In this document: one piece after another, positions 31,886 through 43,534 of the stretch | Numbering within the stretch: the first letter of the stretch is position 1 | Layout: every line of letters begins with the position of its first letter | NCBI GenBank assembly: GCA_965240325.2 | Contig: OZ251242.1 | Coordinates: forward strand, 682,001 to 746,000 | DNA from: Rebecca billardiae RCC1528 | Taxonomy: Eukaryota; Protista; Haptophyta | Length of the DNA: 64,000 nucleotides | Direction of reading: 5' to 3' | Translations under genes and position numbers: made by a program | The notes under the pieces: model-generated | What the model saw: the letters and a program-made list of their open reading frames with translations, nothing else | Told to the model about the DNA's origin: nothing | Database searches by the model: none

Positions 31886-34800
31886 ATGGCGACGGATGGC
31901 AAGCGCGTGCAGCCGGCCGCGGCGGCGACCACGTCGACGGGCGGCACCGCGCTCGACCTGGGCGGCAAGCGGCGGGGCGGCAGCCAGAGCGCGCCCCCCA
32001 TCCGCTCCAGCGCCACGCAGCGCCTGCTCGACACGCTGCTCGACCGGCCGGCGGGCGCGCTCGCCGTCGACGCGCCCGAGTCGTGGAAGCGCGCGTCGAC
32101 GACGATCCAGCGGCACACGCGCGGGCACCTGGCGCGGAAGCAGGAGGTGAAGCGCGGCGGGACGATGTGGAAGACCCACTTCGCGTACATGTACCTGCGC
32201 CAGCCCACGCCCCTCGAGTACGCGCTGCTCGCCGCGCTCGTGTTTGCGCACCAGGCTCTTTTCGTTCTCTTCTTCACCGAGCCCGGGTTTGGTGACGAGG
32301 CGTACCGCGCGGCGCGGCCGCTGAGCGGCGCGGCGGTGGCGCTGGGGTTCAGCGGGCTCGCCTGCTTCGTCGCGCTCAACCTCTTCGACGCGCACCTCTG
32401 GCGCCGCCCGTTTGTCCCCCTCAAGTATGCTCTGCTCGGGCTGTCGGCGCTGCTGCTGCTCGCGGGCGCGATGCTCGTCGTGGGCGTGTACCCGCAGGCG
32501 CCGCTCGCGGTGTACTTCCTCGCGGTGCCGACGCTGTACTACGCGCTGCGCCAGAGCGTGCTCAACATGGTCGCCATGCACCACTTCTTCAAGGGCATCG
32601 CCATCCCCTCCGTGATCGGCGGCACCATCACGCTGGTGGGCTGGATGGCGTGGGTCTTTGCGGGCAACGAGTGGGACGGCGAGCTGCGCCGCTGGTACTA
32701 CGAGCGCATGGCGTGCGAGCCGGACGCGCCCTCGTGCCTCCCCGCCGCCATCCTCTACTTCGCGCCGATGGGCACGGGCATGCTCAACATCGCAATGGGC
32801 GGCACGTGCTACCTGCTCTACCTCGGCGCAAAGCCGAAGCGGCGGCGCACGCTGCACGTGATGGTGCGGCTGCTGGGCGGCGCGATGCTGCTGGTCGTCG
32901 CGGCGGCGTACGTGCAGGCGGCGGTCTCCGGCGCCAACTCGCAGCTCGCGAACACCGTCCTCCTCTTCTCGCTCGGCGGGCTCGTGCTCACCGCCGTGCT
33001 CGTGGGCAACACGATTGGCTGGGAGATGCTACAGCAGCGCTTTCTCAACATCCCGCTCATCCGCAAGATCGCCGAGTCGCTGCTCTCGGACTGGGCCAAG
33101 GCGGCGATGCTCTTCGGCGGCTGGCTGCCGGTGCGCGCGCGCGCGCGCCGCGCGACACGCACACCGCCGCGCCGCCGCGCCACACACGGCCGCGCCGCCG
33201 CGCGCGCGCGCGCGCGCTCACCGCGAGGCCGCCCGCCCGCTCGCTTGCTCGCGCCGCGCGGCGCGCGCGGCGCAGTTCACCGTGTTCATGATCTCGAGCG
33301 CGGTCAAGCAGCAGGTGCGCATCTGCTTCTGGCTGCCGCGCGGCGAGACCGACTGGGAGGACGAGCGCACCGGCATGCGCGTCGTGCGCTCGCACCTGCT
33401 CACGCACTCGGCCAACGGCGCGCTCGAGTACGTGCGAGGCTGGCGCTGGGGGTCTGTGCTGAGCAAGACGATGTGGCTGGGGATCTTCTTCATGGTGATG
33501 AACGTGGGCTTCGGCAAGATGACCAACGTCTTCATCTCGTGGCTCATCCAGACGCTGCTCGAGGCGAACACCACCGTCGGCGTCGTCTGCGCCGTCTTCA
33601 TCGTCACGGGCGTCGTGCTCTTCATGATTCCGCCTGTGCCGGGCTTTGCCGTCTATCTGTGCGGCTCCTTCCTGCTGCCGCAGTTCCTGCCGTTCTGGCA
33701 GGGCGTGGTCGTGTCCGCGCTCATCTCGTTCGGCCTCAAGCTGCTCGCGCTCGTCATCCAGCAGAAGCTCATCGGCGAGATGATGGGCAGTGCGCGCCAC
33801 GCGCCACGCGCCGCCGCGCCGCCGCGCCGTCGCGCCGCCGTCGCCCTCCGCTCGCCGCGCGCGCCACCACGCTCAGCCGACGCGCGCGCCGCGCGGCGCG
33901 GCGCGGCGCAGACGCCATCGCCGTGCGCTCGTTCATCGGCGTGAACTCGCTGACGATGCGCTCGATCCGCAAGATCCTCGAGCAGCCCGGGCTCGGCCTC
34001 CCCAAGGTGTGCATCCTGGTCGGAGGGCCGGACTGGCCCACGTCTGTGACGACAGGCATCCTGCGGCTGCCTGTTCTGCAGATGGTCCTCGGCACCTCAC
34101 CCGTGCTCATCGTGGTGACGGCGGTGACGATGGCGGGCGCGTTCCAGCTGCGCAAGAACGAGGGCGGGATGTGGGCCTCCGTCTCGGACATGATGCTCGG
34201 CGTCGCCTCGGGCGTCATGTTTGGCTCACTCGTCGCCTCCGCCTACTTTATCGAGGTGCGCCGCCTTTTTGCGCCGCTTTTCTTTTTTTTTCTTTTTCCT
34301 GTTCCACTGTCTGCCCGATGGCGTCCCATCCGGCAGTTGCATTGCGCGCGCTCCCTCGCCTCGCCTCCCGTCCGCGCGTGGCCGCGCGCCCGGCGCCCCC
34401 GTGCGGCGGCTCGTCCCACCCCGCCCGCCCTCTCCGCGCGCGCCCCAACCCCGGGGGCACGGCGCAGGACACGTCGGAGAAGCACCGCGCCGAGCTCGAG
34501 GCACTGCCCCGGGACGAGGAGGTGGACGCGGAGGACCGCAAGAAGGAGGCGGCGACGCGGCTGCAGAACGAGGTGACCGCGTGGCGGAACAAGCGGCACC
34601 CCGTGCCGCTGTGGCTCAAGCTCAACCTGGCGATGGGCGCGACGCTGCAGATCATCACGTGCTACCTCGCGCAGTTCTTCTCCCTGTGCGGCGCGTCGCG
34701 CACCCGCCCTGCGCCCGGGCGCGGTTGCCGGGCGCGGTGGCTCAGGCCGCGTCGCGCGCGCGCACGGCGCGCCCCTGCGCTGCCGCCGCGCCGCGCTGAG

Positions 34801-35113
34801 CCGCGCGCCGCCGGACCCGCACCGCGCCGCCGGGCGCAGCCGATGCTTCCGCCCCTTCGAGATGACCGACCGGATCTCGGACCAGCTCGACGGCAGCTGG
34901 ACCAACCTCTTTCTCCCCCTCGGCCGCATCGTGCTGATTCTGTGGGCGGTGGGCGTGGTGAACATGGTGGTTTTCCGCGCGTGGGCGCAGACGCGCGTGC
35001 GCGCGGCATTAGCGCGGCGCGCGCGCAACGAGAGCCCCGTCAAAGCGAGCGAGGCGGGCTCGCCGCTGCCCAGTCAGAGGGCCCACGCGAATGTGAGCAG
35101 CTCGGTCGCATGA
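31886..35113 (+). CDS. Multi-pass membrane protein with N-terminal IQ-like motif and VTT/SNARE-associated-like region
   Basis: Exons ~31886-33130, 33276-33789, 33912-34255, 34468-34685 and 34840-35113 join in frame. Many TM helices, TIQRHTRGHLARK, FMIPPVPG and VGGPDWPTSV. The start codon and family call are uncertain. Confidence 0.7.
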
Positions 35114-36159
35114 GCGCGAGGGTGGCGCGCGTGCCGGCTTGCGCGGCGCCGCCCTCACGGCTCACGCTCGGGCGTTGTCACACTGCTGGCGGACCGTCGG
35201 GCCAGCCGACTGCTTATTGGCTGGAGCAGCTGAGTAGTGAGTATGTACAAAGCGCTATGATACGACGGACGACGATATATGATGATGATCGTCACATCGT
35301 CATCGTCATACGGGAGTGGCATATCGTTCGGCCATATCCGCAGCGCATACTATGACTGTCAAAGACTATATGTAAACATACATTATATACATTTATACTG
35401 CATGTATATGTTCTACGGCTTCGGACTGTGCGGCACTTGACACTGCGCAGCCCGGCAGCGGGCCCTGGCGGCTGCTGCCGCTGGCAGCGTGTGACGACCG
35501 CGTGGCCCACGGCCACTCAGCCGAGTCACCGGGTCCGGACTCCGGCCCCGGGCGGTCCGGCGTCGGCGAGTGGTGCGGCGCGGGGCGTGAGCGCACAGCC
35601 GCCGCCGCATAGCCGCCGCAGGCCCCGCCGCCCGCGCGAGGGAGGAGGTGGCAGGGCCAGGGCCGCGGCCGGCCGGCCGGGGGCGATACAAGGCTGAGAC
35701 TGTCATGACGATGCTGCGGCTGCGGCCTGCGGCGGCTGACGTAGTAGCCCACCTAGTCCTAGCCGGCAAGCCTAGCCTGCCCAGCTCAGGCTCGGCTGGA
35801 GTCGAGCCTCCGACGGAGCCAGTGCGGTCGGCGCCTCGGATGCATGCTGTGAGGCGCACCGCGTGCCCCCACTGGCAGCCCCCACGCCGTCATCATCCGG
35901 ACACTTCGCGTGCGACGTGCCAGGCGCGGCACCGAGCGGCGCCGGTCGTGCTGGTGAGCCACTGCTGCAAGACGCGACGGTGCCTGTGGCTCGCTCGGGC
36001 CATCACGCCTGTGGCCGTGCCCACCGACCGCCACGTGCCGGCCAGCCTGGCCCGTTGCCGACGACGACACTCCACGTCGGCCAGTCCGAGCGAGCGGACT
36101 CGGACACTGAGATGCGCCACGTGAAGCCCAGGGCGCCGTCCGGTGCAGTCAGCCGCGGG

Positions 36160-36990
36160 CTAAGCGCGCTTGGACGCCGCGCCCTCCGCCTCGCCCTCCG
36201 CCTCGCCCTCCGCGCCTGCCACCGAGTACCCCCTGTAAGTCCCCATTGCCCGGTCCACCGCCATCACAAACTGCGCGTAGTTACACCGGCCGAGCCTGTG
36301 GTGTGACTCGTGCGCGCGCACGGAGTAGTCGACGAGGCCCGGGAGCAGGGTGAAGCGCGCGTCGTGCCCCGAGTGGTTGAGAGCGCTGAGCACCGTCTGC
36401 GCCGCGATGAAGACGCCCACCGCCGAGGCGTGCACGCCGGTGCTGAGCGCGGCCGCATAGAGCCCGGCCCACGAGCACGCGACTCCGAGGCACTGCTCGA
36501 CCGGGTGGACGTTGACGGCGTCGGCGAAGCCGCGCATGGGGTACACCATGCGGTGGTGATGCTTGTGCACGTGCGCGTACAGCGGCCGCCAGTGCATCAG
36601 CATGTGCACCGGCGCGTACACCACGTCCTGCACGACAAAGATTGCGGCGAGCGCGCACGCTGAGTTGGCGAGCCCGAGCGAGCGCGCGCCGCGATCGGCG
36701 AGCGGCGAGCGCAGCGCGAAGTAGGCGAGGTTGGTGACGAAGACGAGCTCGTGCACCGCGTTGATCGCGAGGAACAACGCGCTGCGCGCGTCAAGCGCCG
36801 GCTGCAGCTGAGGGGAGATGCGCGCGCGCCTGGACGGCAGCGGCGGCACGCGCGCCGCATGCATCGCTGCCCCAACGGCCGCGTCGGTGAGAAGCCCGCC
36901 CAGCTGCATGGCCACGATGATGCCCACGAGCTCATACACGCGCAAACCGAAGGGGTTGAGCAGCGCCCACGCCCATGCCGCGGCCTCCAT
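36160..36990 (-). CDS. Fatty acid hydroxylase / sterol desaturase family protein
   Basis: His boxes HMLMH, HKHHH, NHSG and HESHH, plus TM helices. Confidence 0.9.
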   Translation of the reverse strand: MEAAAWAWALLNPFGLRVYELVGIIVAMQLGGLLTDAAVGAAMHAARVPPLPSRRARISPQLQPALDARSALFLAINAVHELVFVTNLAYFALRSPLADRGARSLGLANSACALAAIFVVQDVVYAPVHMLMHWRPLYAHVHKHHHRMVYPMRGFADAVNVHPVEQCLGVACSWAGLYAAALSTGVHASAVGVFIAAQTVLSALNHSGHDARFTLLPGLVDYSVRAHESHHRLGRCNYAQFVMAVDRAMGTYRGYSVAGAEGEAEGEAEGAASKRA

Positions 36991-37201
36991 GGCGCGCGCG
37001 CGCGACGACGCCTCCGCAGTCACGCCCGGCGAGGCGGGCGAGCGCAGATGCTCGAAGAGCGATCCAGTCTTATTAGGCGCGGATCCGTCGCGCCACTGAA
37101 CTCCAGAAAGCGGGATCCCGACGACGCCGATGGAGAGCTCCGTGCGTGGATCCGGCGCCCTTTCAAAGATGTTGCCCGGACACATCAACACGATCGGCGA
37201 A

Positions 37202-37873
37202 ATGGCCGCCCCACGACACGTGGCCGGCCGTCTGGCGCTGCTCGCGCTCGTGGCGCTGGTGCGCGCGGCGGAGGAGCGTCCTGCCGACGCGCGCGCGTGG
37301 ACGCCCGCCCACGTTGCCTCCTGGCTCTCTGAGCTGGGCTACGCCGAGCACGCTGACGCTTTTGCTGCGCGCGAGGTCGGCGGCGCGCGTCTGGCCAAGC
37401 TCTCGGACAAGGCCATGCTCGACGAGCTGCTCGTCGTGGGCGCGGAGGAGCGAAGCGTGCTCCGCGCGGAGATCGACGCGCTCTTCGACGGCACCTCGCG
37501 CCGCGCCGCGCCGCGCCGCGCCGCATGGGCGCCCGACGCCCGCCTCCTGCGCGCGGCAGCGGCAGAGGTCCGAGCGGGCGCGGCGTCAGGTGCGGAGCGC
37601 ACCACCGGCATTGAGCCGCCACGCGTCGGCGCCGAGCGCCCGGTGCCCGAGTGGAGCGTGGCGGACGTGGAGACTTGGCTCGGCGCCGTCGGCCTCCCGC
37701 AGTACGCGCAAGCCTTCAAGTCGAAGCGCGTCGACGGCCGACGGCTTGCTCAACTCGACACGGCCGCAGCACTTGGCCGTGCGGTGCCTCCACTCGGTAA
37801 GCCAGCTGCGGCGGGACACCGAGAGCTGCTCGCGCAGGAGGTGCGGGAGCTGCTCGCGTGCGCGGTGGGCTGA
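37202..37873 (+). CDS. Signal-peptide protein with two SAM domains
   Basis: LALLALVALVRA leader, then WTPAHVASWLSELGYAEHADAFAAREVGGARL and WSVADVETWLGAVGLPQYAQAFKSKRVDGRRL. Confidence 0.8.
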   Translation: MAAPRHVAGRLALLALVALVRAAEERPADARAWTPAHVASWLSELGYAEHADAFAAREVGGARLAKLSDKAMLDELLVVGAEERSVLRAEIDALFDGTSRRAAPRRAAWAPDARLLRAAAAEVRAGAASGAERTTGIEPPRVGAERPVPEWSVADVETWLGAVGLPQYAQAFKSKRVDGRRLAQLDTAAALGRAVPPLGKPAAAGHRELLAQEVRELLACAVG

Positions 37874-38951
37874 CGTGGCGGGCCGGCACTGGGTCCAGAG
37901 CTGCTACTGCGTACGCATGTAAATAATGCCTTCTGCCTCTGGAATGCCCGCCCAACAGCGGATCGGGGTCGCCGACTGGGCCGGCCATCTTATTCATGCC
38001 GGCGCCGGTCAGCCTGGCACTCCGCAATAGGCTCTGGCTTCGGTTGACCCCTGCCAGAGACGGGCACTGCGAGCAATCCTTATTAGTCCTTTCATGAAGT
38101 CACTCGTGAAAACTGCCCACAGCCCCGAGGACTGGCCCCGGGCGGGGCCTCCCGTGAGCGGGCGGGGCGGGCCGGGGCGTGAGCTCTACTCACGCTCGGG
38201 CCGGCCTGGCCGAGGCGCCGCCTCTTCCTTCAGACCTTAATATTGTATGTAAATGGCCTTGTCGAGCGTTACCGGAGGCGGCGGAGATGTCTCACTTTGA
38301 CTACTCTCATTGTCTGCGGCACCGGGGCCGTGGGTCGCCGCCCGCCGCGGGTTCGGGGAATTGCGTGCGCTCCGCGCCAGCATAATAGCAGAATAAAAGC
38401 AGGCCGTGCAGTGACTAGTCACAGACTGAGACTCAGCCAGGCGAGATTTCCAGATTGACGCCCGCCAACTCTTCATCACCGACGGCGCCGCCCTGTTCAA
38501 TTTCATCATCGGCGACGGCTGGCGGGCCGAGGCCCGCGAGGCGGGCGTCAATCTGGCGCCTGCCCGCTGAGCTTGTGCGTGTCCTACTACAAGTACTGTG
38601 TGATAAGCTACCCCAGTCATGCCGCTTGATACACACCTTCCCCAACTGACAGTGGGGCTCTACATTCCCTACTACATCCTCATCCTGTCGTCGCGCGCTG
38701 TCGCATCGGCGCCCAGTCGGCGAGTTCGGACGACGACGTTTTGTGGACGACGGTGGGGCGAGGACGACGGGCGCTGGCGCGCCGCGAGGCGGCCGCAGCC
38801 CTCATCCAGGCCTCGCAGGCGGACGGCTGAACGAATTTTTCCGGCGGCGCTACCATCGGCGACGGCTTCATGGGCGGTGACAGTTGGCGGGCGTCAATCT
38901 CGCCTGCCTGAGCTGTGTGCGTCTCTTATTCTTAGTAAACTGTAGTAACTT

Positions 38952-39037
38952 ACTGGTAACATGACGAAGCGTTTTGCCGCTACGCCACCTGTCGACTCTG
39001 GTAGCGAAGCGGTAAAACGCTTCGTCATCTTACCAGT
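38952..39037. repeat. 86-bp foldback (38-bp arms, 10-nt loop)
   Basis: actggtaacatgacgaagcgttttgccgctacgccacc pairs with ggtagcgaagcggtaaaacgcttcgtcatcttaccagt, with 4 mismatches. Confidence 0.85.
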
Positions 39038-39065
39038 GCGTCTCTTACCGTATTCTTACTTACAA

Positions 39066-40241
39066 ATGAACTGCTGTAACGTCGCGACGCTGGACGCCGA
39101 CGACGCCGACGGTCCGCCCCAGACCCGACAGGGAGTGATGCGCGGCGCAACGATCTCCAAGCGATTCATCGAGCCCGAGCACGTGCGAGACGTGCTGTCG
39201 GTGAGCGATGACGTGCCTCGCCCCCCTCCCCCCAGCGAGGGGCAGCTCCTCGTGCGCGTGCTTGCCTGCGCACTCGCACCGGGGGACGTCAGGGTCCTGC
39301 GCGGCGACACGTTCATGCAGCGCCCGCGTTCGATGCCCTACGTTCCTGGCGGCGACGTATGCGGCGAGGTGGTCGAGGTGGACCCTGCGGACCCGTCTCG
39401 CTTCGCCGTCGGTGAGCGAGTCATCGCCATGTTCGTGCCTGACACGTCCCAGGACGGCCTTGCCGAGTTTGCGCTTGTGCGCACGGCGCATTGTGCGCAC
39501 GCACCACCTCGGCTCTCCGATGCGGAGGCGGCGGCGCTGCCGTCAAGTGCGCTTGTCGGCATGGTGCTCTCCAAGTACGTCAAGAAAGGCGACCGCGTCC
39601 TCGTGCTCGGCGGCGCGGGGGGCGTCGGCGCACACCTCGTCCAGTTCGTACGCGCTGCGCAGCCGGCGTACGTCGCCGCAACCACCTCGCGCGCGCAAGC
39701 ACTCCTCCGCGAGCTCGGGGTGGACCGTGTGATCGACTACTCGCGAGAGCGCTGGTGGGAGCTTCCCGAGCTCGTCGAGAACCCCGTGGACGTCATCTTC
39801 GACCTGGCGTCAGGGCCGGATGGGTGGCCCCGCGCTTGCGCCTCGCGAGCAGTGAAGCCAGCGAAGGCCGGCGGCCGATACATCCCGACGATGCCCGGCA
39901 CGGCGCGGCCTATCGTCAAGTCGGTGCTCGGAGTCCCCAAGCTGCTCGGGGCCATCGCAGCGCTCCAAGTGCACGCGTGGTTAAATCGCGCGTCGGTGCC
40001 GAGGCACATGTTCCCTACGCCCCTCGTACCTGCGCACCGCTCCGAATCGCCGGGCGCTCCCACCCCGGACGAGACTGTGATCGAGGAGCTCGCGCGCCGC
40101 ATAGCCGCTGGCGAGGCGCGGCCGATCGTCGACCCGGCGGGCCCGTTCCCGCTGACCGTCGACGGCATTGCGCGGGCGTTCGAGCTGCAGGCGAGCCGTC
40201 ATGCGCATGGCAAGGTGGTCGTGACGGTGGCAGCATTATAA
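39066..40241 (+). CDS. MDR-family NAD(P)-dependent oxidoreductase (quinone reductase/RTN4IP1-like)
   Basis: YVPGGDVCGEVV, VLVLGGAGGVG, LGVDRVIDY, HAHGKVVV. The exact start is uncertain. Confidence 0.9.
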   Translation: MNCCNVATLDADDADGPPQTRQGVMRGATISKRFIEPEHVRDVLSVSDDVPRPPPPSEGQLLVRVLACALAPGDVRVLRGDTFMQRPRSMPYVPGGDVCGEVVEVDPADPSRFAVGERVIAMFVPDTSQDGLAEFALVRTAHCAHAPPRLSDAEAAALPSSALVGMVLSKYVKKGDRVLVLGGAGGVGAHLVQFVRAAQPAYVAATTSRAQALLRELGVDRVIDYSRERWWELPELVENPVDVIFDLASGPDGWPRACASRAVKPAKAGGRYIPTMPGTARPIVKSVLGVPKLLGAIAALQVHAWLNRASVPRHMFPTPLVPAHRSESPGAPTPDETVIEELARRIAAGEARPIVDPAGPFPLTVDGIARAFELQASRHAHGKVVVTVAAL

Positions 40242-40774
40242 GCATCATCATGATCAGTCACGGACACTGTCACTGGGCGGCCGCTCGGTCACACACGGAC
40301 TCGCAAGCACACGTCCTGGCATGCGACGCGGGCAGGCTGCGTCAGGCTGAGAGCGACAGGCTACACGTACGAACATATACGGTGTGTATATATATACTGT
40401 TAGCATGCATCCGCCGACAATGAGTGCATTTGACGTTACGGACGGATGTCAACTGCCAATATATATAATATATAATCATATATGCTGCATCGGCATTGAT
40501 GAAATCATCAACTGATCGGCATATTGATGGCGCTCACAACTTGGTCCGTTGGGCGTGGCACGGCGGCCCCCCGTGCCACACGGCCACGCTCCTGGGCTTA
40601 TTTGCCGCTTTTGCCTTATTCCGTATTCAAATGCACCCGGCCACTTCAAGCCTAATGTTTCATTCAATGTATGGGGGTATTAACCAAGTGTGCACGTTAA
40701 ATCATAGTAAACTGTACTGATCAAGACGGTTCGGTTCGCCTGCTTTGGTTGTTGTTCGACGGTTGGCGGTCGCG

Positions 40775-41485
40775 ATGGCGTCCGACCTGCGCCACACGAC
40801 GGCCGATGGCATCGTGTGGGCACGTGGCATGTTCAAGGGCGCGGATGCGTGGGCCCGCGTCGTGTCCGACTCGGATGACGCAGAGCCCTACGGTAACAGT
40901 GAGGGCAAAGTGTGCATCAAGTACAAGAACACGCCCAAGGCGAATTGGTACTGGGGGGCCCGCGATTCGCTAAAGCTGCATTCTGCCGAGGACGCCGTGC
41001 CCGTGCCGAGCACACGGCGCTCGAAGCGCGGCATGTCGCCCGACGAACTGCGCGCGCAAGAAGAGGAGCAGCGCAAGCGGCCACGCGTCGCCGCGAATGG
41101 CAAGCTATACGGCCTCGCCGCCGCCGAGGAGAACCGCGCCGTGCATGCGCGCGGCAATGATCGCAAGGACAAGTGCGCCAAGTGCGCCAAGCCGCTCAGC
41201 ACCAGCGCTGGGGAGTTCGTGGGCTTCGTCGACATCGAGAAGGAGCGCACCGTCAAGCGCCACTTCGGTGGCGACTCACGGCGCGCGTGGTCAGGCACGT
41301 TCAGCCACGTGGAGCGCGAGTTCTTCGACCTCGAGTGCTGGGAGGTGCCCAAGAGCGCGCAGAAGTCGCTGCGCGGGCTAATCGACATCGCTGGCTTCGA
41401 GCAGGTAGCTGACGCCGCGCTGCGAGACCGCCTACTTTGCGAGAAGCTGCCGCTCGTCCACGGTGCGCGCGAGTGCTTGCAGTGA
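40775..41485 (+). CDS. Hypothetical protein, PWWP/Tudor-like N-terminus and PARP-zinc-finger-like C-terminus
   Basis: Coding-like codon use. IVWAR....W.ARV at the N-terminus, then RKDKCAKCAKPL...FFDLEC...IAGFEQV. Confidence 0.6.
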   Translation: MASDLRHTTADGIVWARGMFKGADAWARVVSDSDDAEPYGNSEGKVCIKYKNTPKANWYWGARDSLKLHSAEDAVPVPSTRRSKRGMSPDELRAQEEEQRKRPRVAANGKLYGLAAAEENRAVHARGNDRKDKCAKCAKPLSTSAGEFVGFVDIEKERTVKRHFGGDSRRAWSGTFSHVEREFFDLECWEVPKSAQKSLRGLIDIAGFEQVADAALRDRLLCEKLPLVHGARECLQ

Positions 41486-42399
41486 GCAGCGGCGCCAGGA
41501 CTCTGAGCGCACGTTGCAGTGACGAGTTTGCGTGGCAGACCAGGCTCGTTACTCGTGCTAACGCCAACGGGCTTCGCGCATGCAATAAGTTCTACTTATC
41601 GTCTGATTTATTACTATAGCTAGAGTCGTCAAACAGGCAAGCAGCGTAGTCTTATACTATAGCAGCGCGCAGTCGTAGTATAGATAGCAGTGCCGCGCCT
41701 GCCGTCGTATGCTCGGTAGTGACCGGAGAATAAAGTCTATGACGATGAGTTTATTATTGAGTATGGCGGCTGCACAGCGCAGGATCGCCCGCCAGCCACG
41801 ACCGTAAGCTAATTCGGCGAACCCATTAAAAAAATGCGATAACTGCCGACCCGGCTCCCTCGCCGGCAGTTGGACGCGGCCGGCGGACGGCCGGAGGCGA
41901 ATTGGTCGCGCGCTTCGCGATGTCGTCGAAATCGCCCATCGCGCGACGAACGTCGCCAGCTGGCGTCGGCCTGGGACCGAGCGGCTTGGCTGGGCCGCGA
42001 TGGTGCGTGCGCTTCAGCTGCGCAATACAGTTCCCCGCATTTGCGGCGCGGCGCAGGCATCGCTCCGCCGCATCCATCGTCCACCTGCACCCCGTTTGCA
42101 CGCGCGGCCATGATTTGAACATTCGCGCGCGCGGAGGCGCGCACAGCGCCGAGCCCCTTGGAGATGCGGGTCTGGCGAATAAGTGGCGATGGGCGGGATC
42201 GGAGTGTAGATGCCCAAAATGCGCATCACGTATCCTGCATCTGACGCGTTCACCATGCACGCGCGCCCTTTCTGCCGCTCGCCTGCATTTGGTCGCATCT
42301 GCCCGCCGCCGCGGATCGCCGCGCGCGCAGACACTTGGCGTGAAAGAAGGGCGGGGAGAAGGACGTGCGAGGTCTAATGCCGCATACGAAGGGCCCCTC

Positions 42400-43534
42400 G
42401 ATGCATTTTCACCGGTACACCAACCAGATCACACAGCAGAGCGTGCTCGCGCGGCAGAAGCGCACTGTTTGTGGAGCTCGCGCGAGGCGGTCGAGGCGGC
42501 ATGGCAGGCGATGTGTGGGTCTGGTAGCGCTCTGGCGACGGCGATGAACGCGTTGCACGTCGCGCACCTCGCTATCTGCATGTCCGCGTGCAGCGCCGCC
42601 CTCTTCGTCGCGCAGGTGCGCAAGATTCATGAGCGGCTGCGGCGTGACTCGGCGACGTGACCGGCAGGCGGCAAGCGGCTTGACTGCTGCGTTCCTGCAC
42701 GAGGCACTGTGTGCGCCCGAGTTCGTCGCGCTCGGCGGTATGGAGGTGGTGGAGCAGAACGTCCGCTCGGTGTGCACCGTCGCCTGCAGTACCGTTCCTG
42801 AGAACCCAGCCTTCCTCGGCCTCGACGCACGCGGCGAGGCGTGCCGAACAGACTTGGTCTGCTCGTTCAGCGCGGTCATCTCGCTCAAGTTCATGCACAA
42901 CGGCGAGGTCGTACTTGCGCTCGTCAACCTCACCACGGCCGTGTCCGAGCCCAACGTGCAGCCCGTGACGACCGTTGCCGCTCGGCGGGACGGTCCGGCA
43001 TCCCGTGTCACAGCTCAGCCGCTCTGTGCCCGGACCGCGCGGGCCGCGCGGCTCGCCGCCGTTGAAGCTCCGCCGCCGCAGCAGCCAGCGCAGCAGTCGG
43101 CGGCGCGACGGCTGCCGCCGCTGCCGCCGGCGCCGCGGCTCGCTCGCTGCACGAGACAGACAGAAGTCGGCGCGCGCCACCAGTCGTCGCAGCGGTCCGT
43201 ACCGGCGCGATCCTCGCGTGAGGCCATCATGAGAGCTGACTACGGGGACTCTCACTCGCCGCCGGGTCACACTGATGGCCCGGAGCGGCCGCGGCCGCGG
43301 CAGGGCGGGTCACCGGTGGCGCGGGTGCCAGTAGCTACCGCCCGGGTGCCAGTAGCTACTGGCACCCGGGGCCTAGCTAGTATCTATAGTATAGCTACTG
43401 GCACCCGCGCGCCCGGGCCCGGCCGCGGCGTCACGCAGTCAGCACGGCTCACACTACGATATGACCGGTTACTCACCGAGCGGACCGGGTCTGTCCGGTT
43501 GGACGTCGAGTTTCATTGCGGACTACGCGGCTGA
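42400..43534 (+). CDS. Possible spliced hypothetical gene
   Basis: Protein-like segments either side of a candidate intron at 42616-42667 (gtgcgc...ggcag). Boundaries are unknown. Confidence 0.3.
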
